Under the pieces are notes generated by a model. It was not told the origin of the DNA. It searched no databases and saw only the letters and a list, made by a program, of their open reading frames with translations. From an uncultured Halieaceae bacterium (GTDB lineage: Bacteria; Pseudomonadota; Gammaproteobacteria; Pseudomonadales; Halieaceae), in the NCBI GenBank assembly GCA_913057135.1, contig CAJXNM010000005.1, positions 14,351-78,350 of the forward strand: a stretch of 64,000 nt of DNA. Reading direction: 5' to 3'. This document shows positions 9,339 to 18,357 of the stretch, piece after piece. Each line of letters begins with the position of its first letter. The first letter of the stretch is position 1. Both the position numbers and the translations under genes were made by a program.

Positions 9339-9680
9339 ATGGCAGATAATATTGAGTCACGACTCGAGGGCGACATCATGGTGTGCGCCATTATTGGTCG
9401 GCTCGATGCGGTTTCCGCAGAAAATACCTCCGCTGAATTACTGAGCCTAATCGCAAGCTGTGAAAGCGCGAAAGTGTTGCTAGATTTATCAAAACTTGAA
9501 TACGTCAGCAGCTTGGGTTTGCGCGTATTTGTTCAAGCGGCCAAGCAATTAAATGGCAGCGGCGGCACACTGAAGTTATGCAGCGCCACCCCTCCGGTTC
9601 AAAAGGTACTAGAGATTTCAGCACTGGATTCACTGCTCGATTTACGGGACACCGTAGCAGATGCCCTAGGCGCCTTTTAA
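9339..9680 (+). CDS. STAS-domain anti-sigma-factor antagonist (SpoIIAA/RsbV-like)
   Basis: 113 aa. It reads LLDLSKLEYVSSLGLRVFVQA...LKLCSATPPVQKVLEISALD, the typical SpoIIAA-type STAS pattern with the conserved Ser in the xSSxGL position. Confidence 0.85.
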   Translation: MADNIESRLEGDIMVCAIIGRLDAVSAENTSAELLSLIASCESAKVLLDLSKLEYVSSLGLRVFVQAAKQLNGSGGTLKLCSATPPVQKVLEISALDSLLDLRDTVADALGAF

Positions 9681-9694
9681 CAGCAGACCGATTA

Positions 9695-11005
9695 TCAGGA
9701 AGCGGCTAACGCCTCGTAATGATGTTCCAGGGCCTGCTGTAACACATCCTCAAGGCACAGGAGTTCCGTATCCAGTTGCGCCGCTAACACCCGATAAAAC
9801 GTGGAATGCCGAAAACACCGTAAATACACCTTCGGGGCGTCCGGTTGATTGTGCAGCAACATCGATGCGCGAAAGTTCTTGTCCGGATCGGCTGTTGCCA
9901 GTACTGCAATCGTCGACGCACTGCCTTCAATAGTTTGTGCAACTGCCTCCCATGTCGCGGGGTGTTCAGGGTTGCCATCAACGCAAGCAACTGGCACTTC
10001 GCTGAACGCCACATCGTCCTTTAGCAAAAACATGTTCTCTGTTGCTGCTTCGTCAACAATCACGAGCTTTGCGATCTCACCGGCACCGCGACTAAGCAAT
10101 AGCTCCACCAGGGTCTGACTGAAATGGTCGAAGCCAGTCACGACAACGGTCTCTGCCACACCCTCGGATGCGTGTAACCGCGGCTCTAGTACCTCATCAA
10201 ACATACGTAATGACGCAATACGGTGGGTACTGAACACACCTGGGGGACGATAGCTGTCGGTGCTGCGTTTTGATCGCACCATGCGGTGTGCTGGCCGCAG
10301 TAGTGCCAGATCAGATACATGGGCTACCACCGGCAACAAGGGTTGCAGCGCATTAATTTCCCAGGCGATTTCCAGATTATTCAGATCGTCAGTGGATAGC
10401 ACCACTACCCGGAACGCCTCTGCCAACCACAGTGACTCGAGAAAATCGTGGTCGCTGGTGTTGCCCGCTATTTGCATCAGACTGGGTTTTACCTGCTGCA
10501 GCGTGCCCGACACAGTGTCAGAGTGAGTCACTTGTACAATGAGGCGATCAGGGTCAACCGCATGGATGGCCTGCATGTACAGGTCCACCACTTCACCCGT
10601 GCCGATGACTAACACATGATTTGAGGGTGTAAATCCGATCAATCGATGCTCGCGCAGTAAGCCGCGAATGGTGGTGGCAATAACAGTTGTGGTGACAACC
10701 GGCGCCAGATAATAAGCAAGCCACAGGGCACCGTACGTCCCGGGGGCACCCCCTTGTCGGGGTGCTCCGAGCTCGATGCCCCCCAACACGAATAGGCTAA
10801 CCGTGTAGTAGACCCAGGCCAGCCACCCGTCATCGGTGACATCGTCATAGTTTTCCGTTCCTGCTCCCTCGGAAAAGCCGTACAACGCTGCCACAAAGAC
10901 AATAACGACAACGGCTACCCGAAACAGCAAATCATCGAGCCTAATGGGTAACGAGGATGGAGCTGAAGCAGTTCTATCGTTACTCTCTGACGGGATCACC
11001 GACAT
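9695..11005 (-). CDS. Membrane protein with two Rossmann-like (TrkA-N/RCK-like) cytoplasmic domains; possible ion-channel-related protein
   Basis: Two or three N-terminal hydrophobic helices with a short re-entrant-looking segment (FVLGGIELG). These are followed by HVLVIGTGEVV and TVVVTGFDHFSQ, which look like beta-alpha-beta nucleotide-binding starts. The family assignment is tentative. Confidence 0.4.
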   Translation of the reverse strand: MSVIPSESNDRTASAPSSLPIRLDDLLFRVAVVVIVFVAALYGFSEGAGTENYDDVTDDGWLAWVYYTVSLFVLGGIELGAPRQGGAPGTYGALWLAYYLAPVVTTTVIATTIRGLLREHRLIGFTPSNHVLVIGTGEVVDLYMQAIHAVDPDRLIVQVTHSDTVSGTLQQVKPSLMQIAGNTSDHDFLESLWLAEAFRVVVLSTDDLNNLEIAWEINALQPLLPVVAHVSDLALLRPAHRMVRSKRSTDSYRPPGVFSTHRIASLRMFDEVLEPRLHASEGVAETVVVTGFDHFSQTLVELLLSRGAGEIAKLVIVDEAATENMFLLKDDVAFSEVPVACVDGNPEHPATWEAVAQTIEGSASTIAVLATADPDKNFRASMLLHNQPDAPKVYLRCFRHSTFYRVLAAQLDTELLCLEDVLQQALEHHYEALAAS

Positions 11006-11020
11006 AAGCTCGATCTCTCC

Positions 11021-12781
11021 CTAGGCAATACCGGAAATGGCGTTATCAGGGGCTGCGGTTAAGGTCATGGATAAATAATCGCCCCCGTGGAACTGCTGGT
11101 GCTCAATGTCATCGCAAAAACTTTTCAGAATGCGCAGGCGTACGTCCTCTTCGGAGTAGCCAACGGGCGCGTCCGGCAAGTCTTGTAACCTGGCCTCAAT
11201 ATTGTCGTTACCCTGAGCACAGGCCAATTCAATGGCAACGGTTTGGGCGTCACCTCTTATAGAGACCCGCGTGCTCTGCCCCGCAAGATCGCCAAAGTCA
11301 TCAATCTGGTACAAGAACGCTTCCTCGGCAGCGAGCTGTAGCTTGCTCAGTTCTTCACCACGCCATCCCATCGCTCTTCCGCGCTCTTTCACGAAATCGA
11401 GCACCTCGGGTAATGAATCGAGAGACGAAGGAAAGCGCTTGGCGAAACTGCGTCCTCTTTTGAGGGACACTAACAGTGATAGCACAACGGCCGTAATACC
11501 CCCGGTTGTCATACCATTGTCGAGCAGTTGTGCCACCTGTGGCGGCATTAGGTTATGGAATACGGACTGGCCCTGAAATCCGATACCGGCCCACAGGGAC
11601 ACGCCGAAAATAATTCCATGATCGAAATTAAAACCGTCGGTCAGGATGAGACGAATGCCATGGGCGAACAATAAAACGATCAGGAAAAAGATGAACACCC
11701 CCGCAACGGGGCCCGGTATGGCCTGTAGCAGCGCTGATATCTTGGGCGAAGTTGCTAGTGCCAAGAGAATCCCACCACCGTATAAACCAATGCGTCGGGA
11801 TGCGACACCGGTCAAGTCGATCACTGAAATACTGGTGGAGTAAGTGGTGTTCGGTAGGGTTCCCATTAAACCCGAGAGCAAATTACCGAGACCATCGGCG
11901 TTAACCGCGCCTTGCACAACACGGTAATTGATGGGTTTTTCGGTACGATTTGATACCTCCTGGATCGCGATACCGTCACCGTAGGTCTCCAAGGCGCCAA
12001 TGATAGTAACGATCATGAATCCGGGCAGCATGATCCAGAAATCAGATCCAAAACGGGTGTCGATACCGGGCCAACCAACAGCGGGTAGACCGATCCAATC
12101 GGCCTCGTTGAAGCGCGTGAAATCCATCAATCCATAGAAAGCGGCCAAGACACACCCGGCAATAACCCCTATCACCGGACCCCACAGGCGCAGCTTAGCG
12201 TTACCGTAAAAAGACAGCAGAATAATCAGCAAAAAAGTCACTGCAGATGTGACTAGACCCGCATTCTCAGGTCCGCTGTAGTTAGCGGGTTGCCGCTCTA
12301 ACATGCCAAAGCCAATGGGCATGACACTGACAGCAATGAGGGTAATGACCGTACCCCCGACGGTCGGGTTGACGATCTTTCGAAACAACCCTAAATGGCG
12401 GGAAAAAACGAACTGAACCAGCGATGATGCCGCTACCAACGCACCCAACAAGGGCAGACCACCCGCCTCCATTGCACCAATGGATACAGCAACAAAAGCA
12501 CCTGAGGTACCCATAAAAAGCACATAGCCTGCACCAAAAGGGCCGACCGAGGCCGACTGCAATATTGTCATCAAGCCGCTGATGGTGAGGGCAGCAAAGA
12601 CCACCCAGTCACCCGCCGCAGGATCGACCCCCGCCGCCTTCAGCGCGATAATGGGCGTTAGGGTGATCCCGGCCAATATGAGCGCCACCGTTTGAAAACC
12701 CAGCGCTGCCGACATGAGGTGTGGCGGGTGTTCATCGACCGCGTAGGTAATATAGTCGCGCTGCTCCTTTGGCTCTGCCAT
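11021..12781 (-). CDS. NCS2 (xanthine/uracil/vitamin C permease) family transporter with an extra ~140-aa C-terminal cytoplasmic domain
   Basis: About 12-14 hydrophobic helices with NCS2-like motifs (GFQTVALILAGITLTP, FMGTSGAFVAV, TTYSTSISVI). A soluble tail follows (LDSLPEVLDFVKERGRAMGW...LQLAAEEAFLYQI...VSIRGDAQTVAIELA). Confidence 0.7.
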   Translation of the reverse strand: MAEPKEQRDYITYAVDEHPPHLMSAALGFQTVALILAGITLTPIIALKAAGVDPAAGDWVVFAALTISGLMTILQSASVGPFGAGYVLFMGTSGAFVAVSIGAMEAGGLPLLGALVAASSLVQFVFSRHLGLFRKIVNPTVGGTVITLIAVSVMPIGFGMLERQPANYSGPENAGLVTSAVTFLLIILLSFYGNAKLRLWGPVIGVIAGCVLAAFYGLMDFTRFNEADWIGLPAVGWPGIDTRFGSDFWIMLPGFMIVTIIGALETYGDGIAIQEVSNRTEKPINYRVVQGAVNADGLGNLLSGLMGTLPNTTYSTSISVIDLTGVASRRIGLYGGGILLALATSPKISALLQAIPGPVAGVFIFFLIVLLFAHGIRLILTDGFNFDHGIIFGVSLWAGIGFQGQSVFHNLMPPQVAQLLDNGMTTGGITAVVLSLLVSLKRGRSFAKRFPSSLDSLPEVLDFVKERGRAMGWRGEELSKLQLAAEEAFLYQIDDFGDLAGQSTRVSIRGDAQTVAIELACAQGNDNIEARLQDLPDAPVGYSEEDVRLRILKSFCDDIEHQQFHGGDYLSMTLTAAPDNAISGIA

Positions 12782-12845
12782 GGTGAGATCCCCGGTGTCT
12801 CTTTACTGGATTGGTTAAAACACAAGCGTCACTGGAGGGGAGCGA

Positions 12846-13157
12846 TTAATGCATACCCATGGTAAGGCCGCGGGTCATTGCCAATACCGCATCCGCATGG
12901 ACATCGTCGCTTAGCTTCTCCAACTCGCCACCATCGAGCCAAATACCCTGGCATGTGGGGCAGCGGTCTACGAGCACCATGTGCGCTATCTCTTTCGTCA
13001 TAGGGCTGTTATCAACTGGGCACTGGCGAATGTTTTCATCAGCGGCATCAAGCAATAATTCCATCTCTCGAACACAGGCATCGCACACGGGTTTACCGTC
13101 GGCTTCGTTACGTGTGCGCTCCCCGCAGCGGTCGCATTTCTTTGCAAAAAATGACAT
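12846..13157 (-). CDS. Zinc-ribbon protein (TFIIB-type zf domain family)
   Basis: MSFFAKKCDRCGERT...CDAC...CPVDNSPM...DRCPTCQGIWLDGGELEKL. The last motif is the signature of the zf-TFIIB-like family. An AGGAGCC Shine-Dalgarno precedes the ATG at 13157, and the ORF-track N-terminal extension is unlikely to be real. Confidence 0.7.
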   Translation of the reverse strand: MSFFAKKCDRCGERTRNEADGKPVCDACVREMELLLDAADENIRQCPVDNSPMTKEIAHMVLVDRCPTCQGIWLDGGELEKLSDDVHADAVLAMTRGLTMGMH

Positions 13158-13408
13158 GGTTAGGCTCCTGACCAGTGAATAGTTACCAACCCCGAATGCG
13201 CGCAATGCCGGTGGCCGTGTCGCACAGAAGTTGCCAGGGCGATAGTAGCAGAGCACCTAGATTTCGCACGGCTTTCCTTGCGATATCCGGGGGATCTGCA
13301 ACCCATCTATCCGCGTACCTTTGGTGCGAATGAAATCAGTCATTGAGCTCAGTACTACCACGACACGCTTCACTACACCCCAATACACCTCAACACGAGA
13401 TCCGCACC

Positions 13409-14392
13409 ATGTTCAATGCATTACTCCTGGAAAAAGACGATGCTGGCCAATCTGCAAAACTCACCGTGTTAGAGCACTCGGACTTGCCCGATGCGGGTGT
13501 ATTGGTGCAAGTCGATTACTCGACCATTAACTACAAAGATGCCTTGGCACTGACCGGCTCAGCACCCATTGCGCGCCACTACCCCATGGTGCCTGGTATT
13601 GATTTGGCTGGCACCGTTGAGCAAAGCGACGATCCTCGATGGCCAGTAGGGACCCGCGTTTTGCTAAACGGGTGGGGGGTTGGTGAAGGTCACTGGGGTG
13701 GGCTGGCCCAATACGCTCGAGTGAACGGTGATTGGCTATTGGAGGTACCGCCCTCGCTCAGCACTCGACAAACTATGGCCATCGGTACTGCGGGTTATAC
13801 CGCAGCCCTGTGCGTCAATGCGCTGATCGACCATGGGACGGTGGCCGATGATGGGCCTATTTTGGTCACGGGCGCCACCGGCGGCGTCGGCAGCTTCAGT
13901 GTAGCGTTGCTCGCAGCGGCGGGTTATCAGGTGACAGCAGTGACAGGAAAGTCCGATGCTGAAGCCTACCTGACAAGCTTGGGTGCCGATGCGGTTATCG
14001 ATCGCGCGACACTGGCAGAGCCTGGCAAGCCACTGCAAAAAGAGCGTTGGAATGGCGTTATCGACGCCGTTGGTGGCAATACCCTTGCCAATGCCTGCGC
14101 CCAGACTCGATACAGCGGTGCGGTGGCAGCCTGTGGTCTTGCAGAAAGCCCCAAGCTTCAGACGACGGTCATGCCCTTTATTCTCAGGGGCGTTACCCTA
14201 TACGGCATCGACAGTGTCATGGCGCCACTAGAGCATCGCGAGCGCGCGTGGCAGTGCATTGCTATGTATCTCAATACCGAGGCCTTGGATGGTATGGTAA
14301 AAGAGATCTCATTAGCTCAAGCGCTAACCGAAGCATCGTCGGTGATGGCTGGCCAAGTGACGGGTAGGTTGCTAGTTGACGTGAACCGGTAA
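13409..14392 (+). CDS. MDR-family NADPH:quinone/acrylyl-CoA reductase (YhdH/AcuI-like)
   Basis: MFNALLLEKDD...VQVDYSTINYKDALALTG...YPMVPGIDLAGTV...VTGATGGVGSFSV...ACGLAESPKLQTTVMPFILRGVTLYGIDS, the typical YhdH/AcuI pattern. It is a paralogue of the C-terminal third of the 48076-51213 ORF. Confidence 0.85.
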   Translation: MFNALLLEKDDAGQSAKLTVLEHSDLPDAGVLVQVDYSTINYKDALALTGSAPIARHYPMVPGIDLAGTVEQSDDPRWPVGTRVLLNGWGVGEGHWGGLAQYARVNGDWLLEVPPSLSTRQTMAIGTAGYTAALCVNALIDHGTVADDGPILVTGATGGVGSFSVALLAAAGYQVTAVTGKSDAEAYLTSLGADAVIDRATLAEPGKPLQKERWNGVIDAVGGNTLANACAQTRYSGAVAACGLAESPKLQTTVMPFILRGVTLYGIDSVMAPLEHRERAWQCIAMYLNTEALDGMVKEISLAQALTEASSVMAGQVTGRLLVDVNR

Positions 14393-14474
14393 TTCGGTGG
14401 CGGGTAGCACCGCACAGGCGGGTAGCCACGAGGCCAGCTTCACACTGCTTGTAACGATATTTGAGATAAGGTAA

Positions 14475-16010
14475 ATGCAACCGATTCGCGATTTTCTGTG
14501 GCAAGTCATGGAGTTCAGCGCACTGGTTTTGGCGACCGGCATCCTGTTTGGCTTCATTGCCGTCGTGATTATTTTCTTTATCGATATCAATCAAAAAGAA
14601 CAGGCCATTCGGCGAAACTACCCGGTTATTGGCCGCTTGCGCTATCTGTTTGAGCATCTCGGGGTCTTTTTCCGTCAGTATTTCTTTGCCATGGATCGGG
14701 AGGAGCTGCCCTTCAACCGGGCACAGCGAGCTTGGGTGGCCCGTGCAGCAAAGGACGTAGACCCCACCATCGCTTTTGGTTCCACCAAACCCATTAACGA
14801 ACCCGGTCAGATATTGTTCCTCAACAGTATGTTTCCCAAGCTCGATAACGACGCAGAGCAAGAGGAGCGTCGTCCCATCGTCTTCGGGCAGGGTTATGCC
14901 CAACAACCCTACTCAACATTCTCGGTGTTCCACATTTCGGCGATGAGTTATGGTGCGGTATCGGCACCGGCCATTGAGGCGCTGTCGAGGGGGGCGGCAG
15001 CAGCCGGTATCCTTCTTAATACCGGTGAAGGCGCGCTGGTGTCCCATCACTTTGCCGATAAGTGCGACCTTGTCTTTCAAATCGGCACCGCGAAATACGG
15101 CGTCCGAGATCTGCAAGGCAACCTAAGTGATGACAAGCTGCGAGAGGTAGCCGCCAACAAGCAGGTCAAGATGTTTGAAATCAAGTTGTCCCAGGGCGCG
15201 AAACCGGGCAAAGGGGGCATATTGCCCGGAGAAAAAGTCACAGAGATTATTGCGACAACCCGTGGCATACCGGTAGGTAAAGACTCGATAAGCCCCAATC
15301 GTCACACGGATATCGATTCAACCGCCGCGCTTCTGACCATGATCCACCGGGTGCGTTCAGTCACCGGTCGCCCCACAGGTATTAAGTTTGTTCTTGGACA
15401 AGCACTCTGGCTCGATGAATTCTGCGCAGAAATCCATCGAATGGGACTGAACTATGCACCGGATTTCGTCACCATCGATAGCGCTGACGGCGGCACTGGT
15501 GCTGCTCCGCAAAGCTTGATGGATAACGTGGGGCTTCCCCTATCTTCAAGCTTGCCCTTGGTCGTTGATAAATTGAATCAGTACGGCCTGCGGCAACGTA
15601 TCAGGGTGATCGCATCGGGTAAGCTGATCACACCCTCGGGCGTCGCAGCGGCGCTATGTCTTGGGGCCGACTGTGTCAATACCGCCCGCGGTTTCATGTT
15701 TGCCTTGGGCTGCATTCAAGCGTTGCAATGCAACCAAAACACCTGCCCCACGGGAATCACTACCCATGACAAAGACCTGCAAAAAGGTTTAGATCCTCGC
15801 AACAAGGCGGTGCGCGTTGCCAACTATGCCAACAACCTTATGAAAGAAGTGACGACACTGGCTCACAGCTGCGGTGTCTTCAACCCCCACGAGCTCGGAC
15901 GGGAACACGCCTATATGATCAACAGCCATGGCTTACCCCAGCGATTACTCGACGTTTACCCCGAGGTAGCAACCGACCCTCAGTACCAAGATCTGGCGGC
16001 GAGCGCGTGA
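14475..16010 (+). CDS. FMN-binding glutamate synthase family protein (GltS FMN-domain-like) with an N-terminal TM helix
   Basis: ISAMSYGAVS, KLSQGAKPGKGGILPG, ITIDSADGGTGAAP and IASGKL are the motifs of the stand-alone glutamate synthase domain-2 family. Confidence 0.8.
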   Translation: MQPIRDFLWQVMEFSALVLATGILFGFIAVVIIFFIDINQKEQAIRRNYPVIGRLRYLFEHLGVFFRQYFFAMDREELPFNRAQRAWVARAAKDVDPTIAFGSTKPINEPGQILFLNSMFPKLDNDAEQEERRPIVFGQGYAQQPYSTFSVFHISAMSYGAVSAPAIEALSRGAAAAGILLNTGEGALVSHHFADKCDLVFQIGTAKYGVRDLQGNLSDDKLREVAANKQVKMFEIKLSQGAKPGKGGILPGEKVTEIIATTRGIPVGKDSISPNRHTDIDSTAALLTMIHRVRSVTGRPTGIKFVLGQALWLDEFCAEIHRMGLNYAPDFVTIDSADGGTGAAPQSLMDNVGLPLSSSLPLVVDKLNQYGLRQRIRVIASGKLITPSGVAAALCLGADCVNTARGFMFALGCIQALQCNQNTCPTGITTHDKDLQKGLDPRNKAVRVANYANNLMKEVTTLAHSCGVFNPHELGREHAYMINSHGLPQRLLDVYPEVATDPQYQDLAASA

Positions 16011-18268
16011 GACTCAGTACGCGGTTTTCCCTTCTCTCCATCGTAACCGTTGCCCTATCGGGCTGCGTAATGTGTGGCGCATTACTGCTACAAGAATATA
16101 AAACGCGTCAGGTATTGTGGCAGGCCGAAATAGAAACCGCATTGACCACTAACTCAGCCTGGGCACGTACCATCCATTTCAGGGATGAAAGCTCGGTACA
16201 GCGAGACCTTGCCCAGTTCGCGAAGCAACTTTCAGTCAACTCGACTGCAGCTGCCTATCATGTTGACGGCGAACTCATTGCCAGTGTGCCCACATCAGAA
16301 CAACCACCTCGACCGGCACGCATGAGCAGTGAACGCGTCGACGTCATCAGTCAATTCAAACAGCCTGCGGCAGAGCAGGAGAGTTTCAGTCGTGCGCGTT
16401 TGGTCGTGTCCGTACCTATTCTCTCGCCTATCAACCCCATCGATTATTCCCTCACCCCCCAAAATTATCGCGATGCCCTGTTTGCTGCCAGTAGCACAGG
16501 GCCACGCTTTGTGGTGGGCTACATCGAGGTGGCCACCAGTCGCCAGGAATTTTTAAATGTCATGGCCGATACCGCTGTCTTCACGGTGTTACTGGTCGTA
16601 GCAGGGCTTGTTATTGTCCTCTTTTTGGTGCGCGTGCTGTCTCGCTCGATCGGCAAACCCCTCGAGCACATGGCGGAGGTTGCCCACCGCATCAGTATCG
16701 GTGAGCTACCCCAAAACACACGTTTACCCGTCAAGCGCAATGATGAAATCGGTGAGATCGCCAATGTTTTAAATGGCGTTCTCGAAGGGGTCCACAAGTT
16801 AAAAGCGCGCATCGATGTCGATCGAGCACTGCTCTCAATCAAAGTGGACAGCGCCAGTAAAAAACTCAGTGCCGCTGAAGAACAGGTGAGCCAAGCACAG
16901 CGACAAATTAAGCGGGTCGCTTATTACGATGCGGTTACGGGGTTACCCAACAGGCGCTTGATGCTCGAGCAACTGGGCATGCTCATCCAAATAGCAGCGA
17001 GAGAAAAGCGCTACATTGGTGTCATCTTGATTGACAGCGAGGGGTTGCGGCGAATCAACGAGACCCGGGGTCGCGAAGTGGGCGATACGGTGCTGAGAGA
17101 GCTCGCTGAGCGCATTAAGACGACCTTGAGAGACAGCGACGTCATTAGTCGAGAGGAAAGTGCCGGCGACAGCCGAGATCTCGCTCGCGTCGGTAACGAT
17201 GAGTTTTGTGTGTTACTGCATGGCCTAGAGAAACCCGATGCAGCCAATCTGGTCAGTCAGCGTTTGTACTATGCCCTCACCGACCCTATCAAAGTTGATG
17301 GACGTCAAATGCGGCTCGATGTTCACATTGGCGTGGCACTCGCCCCCAATCACGGCAAAGAACCGAATGCGCTTATGCGTGCAGCCGATGTAGCAATGAG
17401 TGTCGCTCGGCGTGACAACGCCCAAAAGCCCGTCTTTTATGAAAAAGCCCTGGATGTCGAGGGCAGCGAGCGCTTCGAGTTGAGTGTCGATTTACAGAAC
17501 GCCGACTTCGATCGAGAGATGACGCTGCTATACCAACCGCAAATCGATACAGCAACTGGAGATATCATCGGGGCGGAGGCGCTTATCCGCTGGAATCATC
17601 CCACCAAGGGCATGATTCCACCGTTCAAGTTTATCCCCCTTGCGGAGGAGAGTGGTCATATCATCGCGCTCGGTAACTGGGTATTACGACGGGCCTGTAT
17701 CGATATAGCCATGCTCCGGGACAAAGGAATTCAACTTCCCAAGGTATCGATCAACGTCAGCGCACTACAACTTACCCAAGCCTTTTTAGAGAGCGTCTCA
17801 GATACCCTGAGTCATCTTGACCTTGATCCCGGCTGCCTAGAACTGGAGCTCACAGAGAGCCTACTGGTACAGAATTTCAATACGGTGATGGAGCAGCTCA
17901 CCTATCTCCACGATACCCTGGGGGTTCGCCTATCCATCGATGACTTTGGCACCGGTTACTCCTCTTTGGCTTATTTGTCGCGCTTCCCCCTCGACGAACT
18001 AAAGGTCGATCGCAGTTTCGTTCTAGGTATGGAGCAAAGTGATAACTTCGCCAAGATCACCGCAGCGATTATTGCCATGGCTCGACAGCTTAAACTTGAC
18101 ATCGTTGTTGAGGGTGTTGACAGCCCGCAACAGTACCGCACGATACGGGAATATGGCGCATCGGTGATTCAAGGCTACCTATTCAGCCGGCCACTACCCC
18201 TGGAAGATCTTGAAACCTTTATCGCAGAGAAAACGTATTTAAACACCATTGCAGAGCTAGATATTTAG
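16007..18268 (+). CDS. Membrane sensor with HAMP, a degenerate GGDEF domain and an EAL domain (c-di-GMP turnover, probably a phosphodiesterase)
   Basis: Two TM segments flank a periplasmic region. A HAMP domain and coiled coil follow. The GGDEF domain has GNDEF in place of GGDEF. The EAL domain looks intact (EALIRW, NVS, ELTE, DDFGTGYSSL, KVD, EGVD, QGY). The GTG at 16007 overlaps the upstream stop (GTGA). Confidence 0.85.
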   Translation: MRLSTRFSLLSIVTVALSGCVMCGALLLQEYKTRQVLWQAEIETALTTNSAWARTIHFRDESSVQRDLAQFAKQLSVNSTAAAYHVDGELIASVPTSEQPPRPARMSSERVDVISQFKQPAAEQESFSRARLVVSVPILSPINPIDYSLTPQNYRDALFAASSTGPRFVVGYIEVATSRQEFLNVMADTAVFTVLLVVAGLVIVLFLVRVLSRSIGKPLEHMAEVAHRISIGELPQNTRLPVKRNDEIGEIANVLNGVLEGVHKLKARIDVDRALLSIKVDSASKKLSAAEEQVSQAQRQIKRVAYYDAVTGLPNRRLMLEQLGMLIQIAAREKRYIGVILIDSEGLRRINETRGREVGDTVLRELAERIKTTLRDSDVISREESAGDSRDLARVGNDEFCVLLHGLEKPDAANLVSQRLYYALTDPIKVDGRQMRLDVHIGVALAPNHGKEPNALMRAADVAMSVARRDNAQKPVFYEKALDVEGSERFELSVDLQNADFDREMTLLYQPQIDTATGDIIGAEALIRWNHPTKGMIPPFKFIPLAEESGHIIALGNWVLRRACIDIAMLRDKGIQLPKVSINVSALQLTQAFLESVSDTLSHLDLDPGCLELELTESLLVQNFNTVMEQLTYLHDTLGVRLSIDDFGTGYSSLAYLSRFPLDELKVDRSFVLGMEQSDNFAKITAAIIAMARQLKLDIVVEGVDSPQQYRTIREYGASVIQGYLFSRPLPLEDLETFIAEKTYLNTIAELDI

Positions 18269-18357
18269 TCTAATCCCCGCAGGGTTGCCTCCCAAGCACT
18301 TGTTATTCTCGATTCAGCCCCCATCTTTTGAGCCGATCACAAACTGGACCTGTAACT

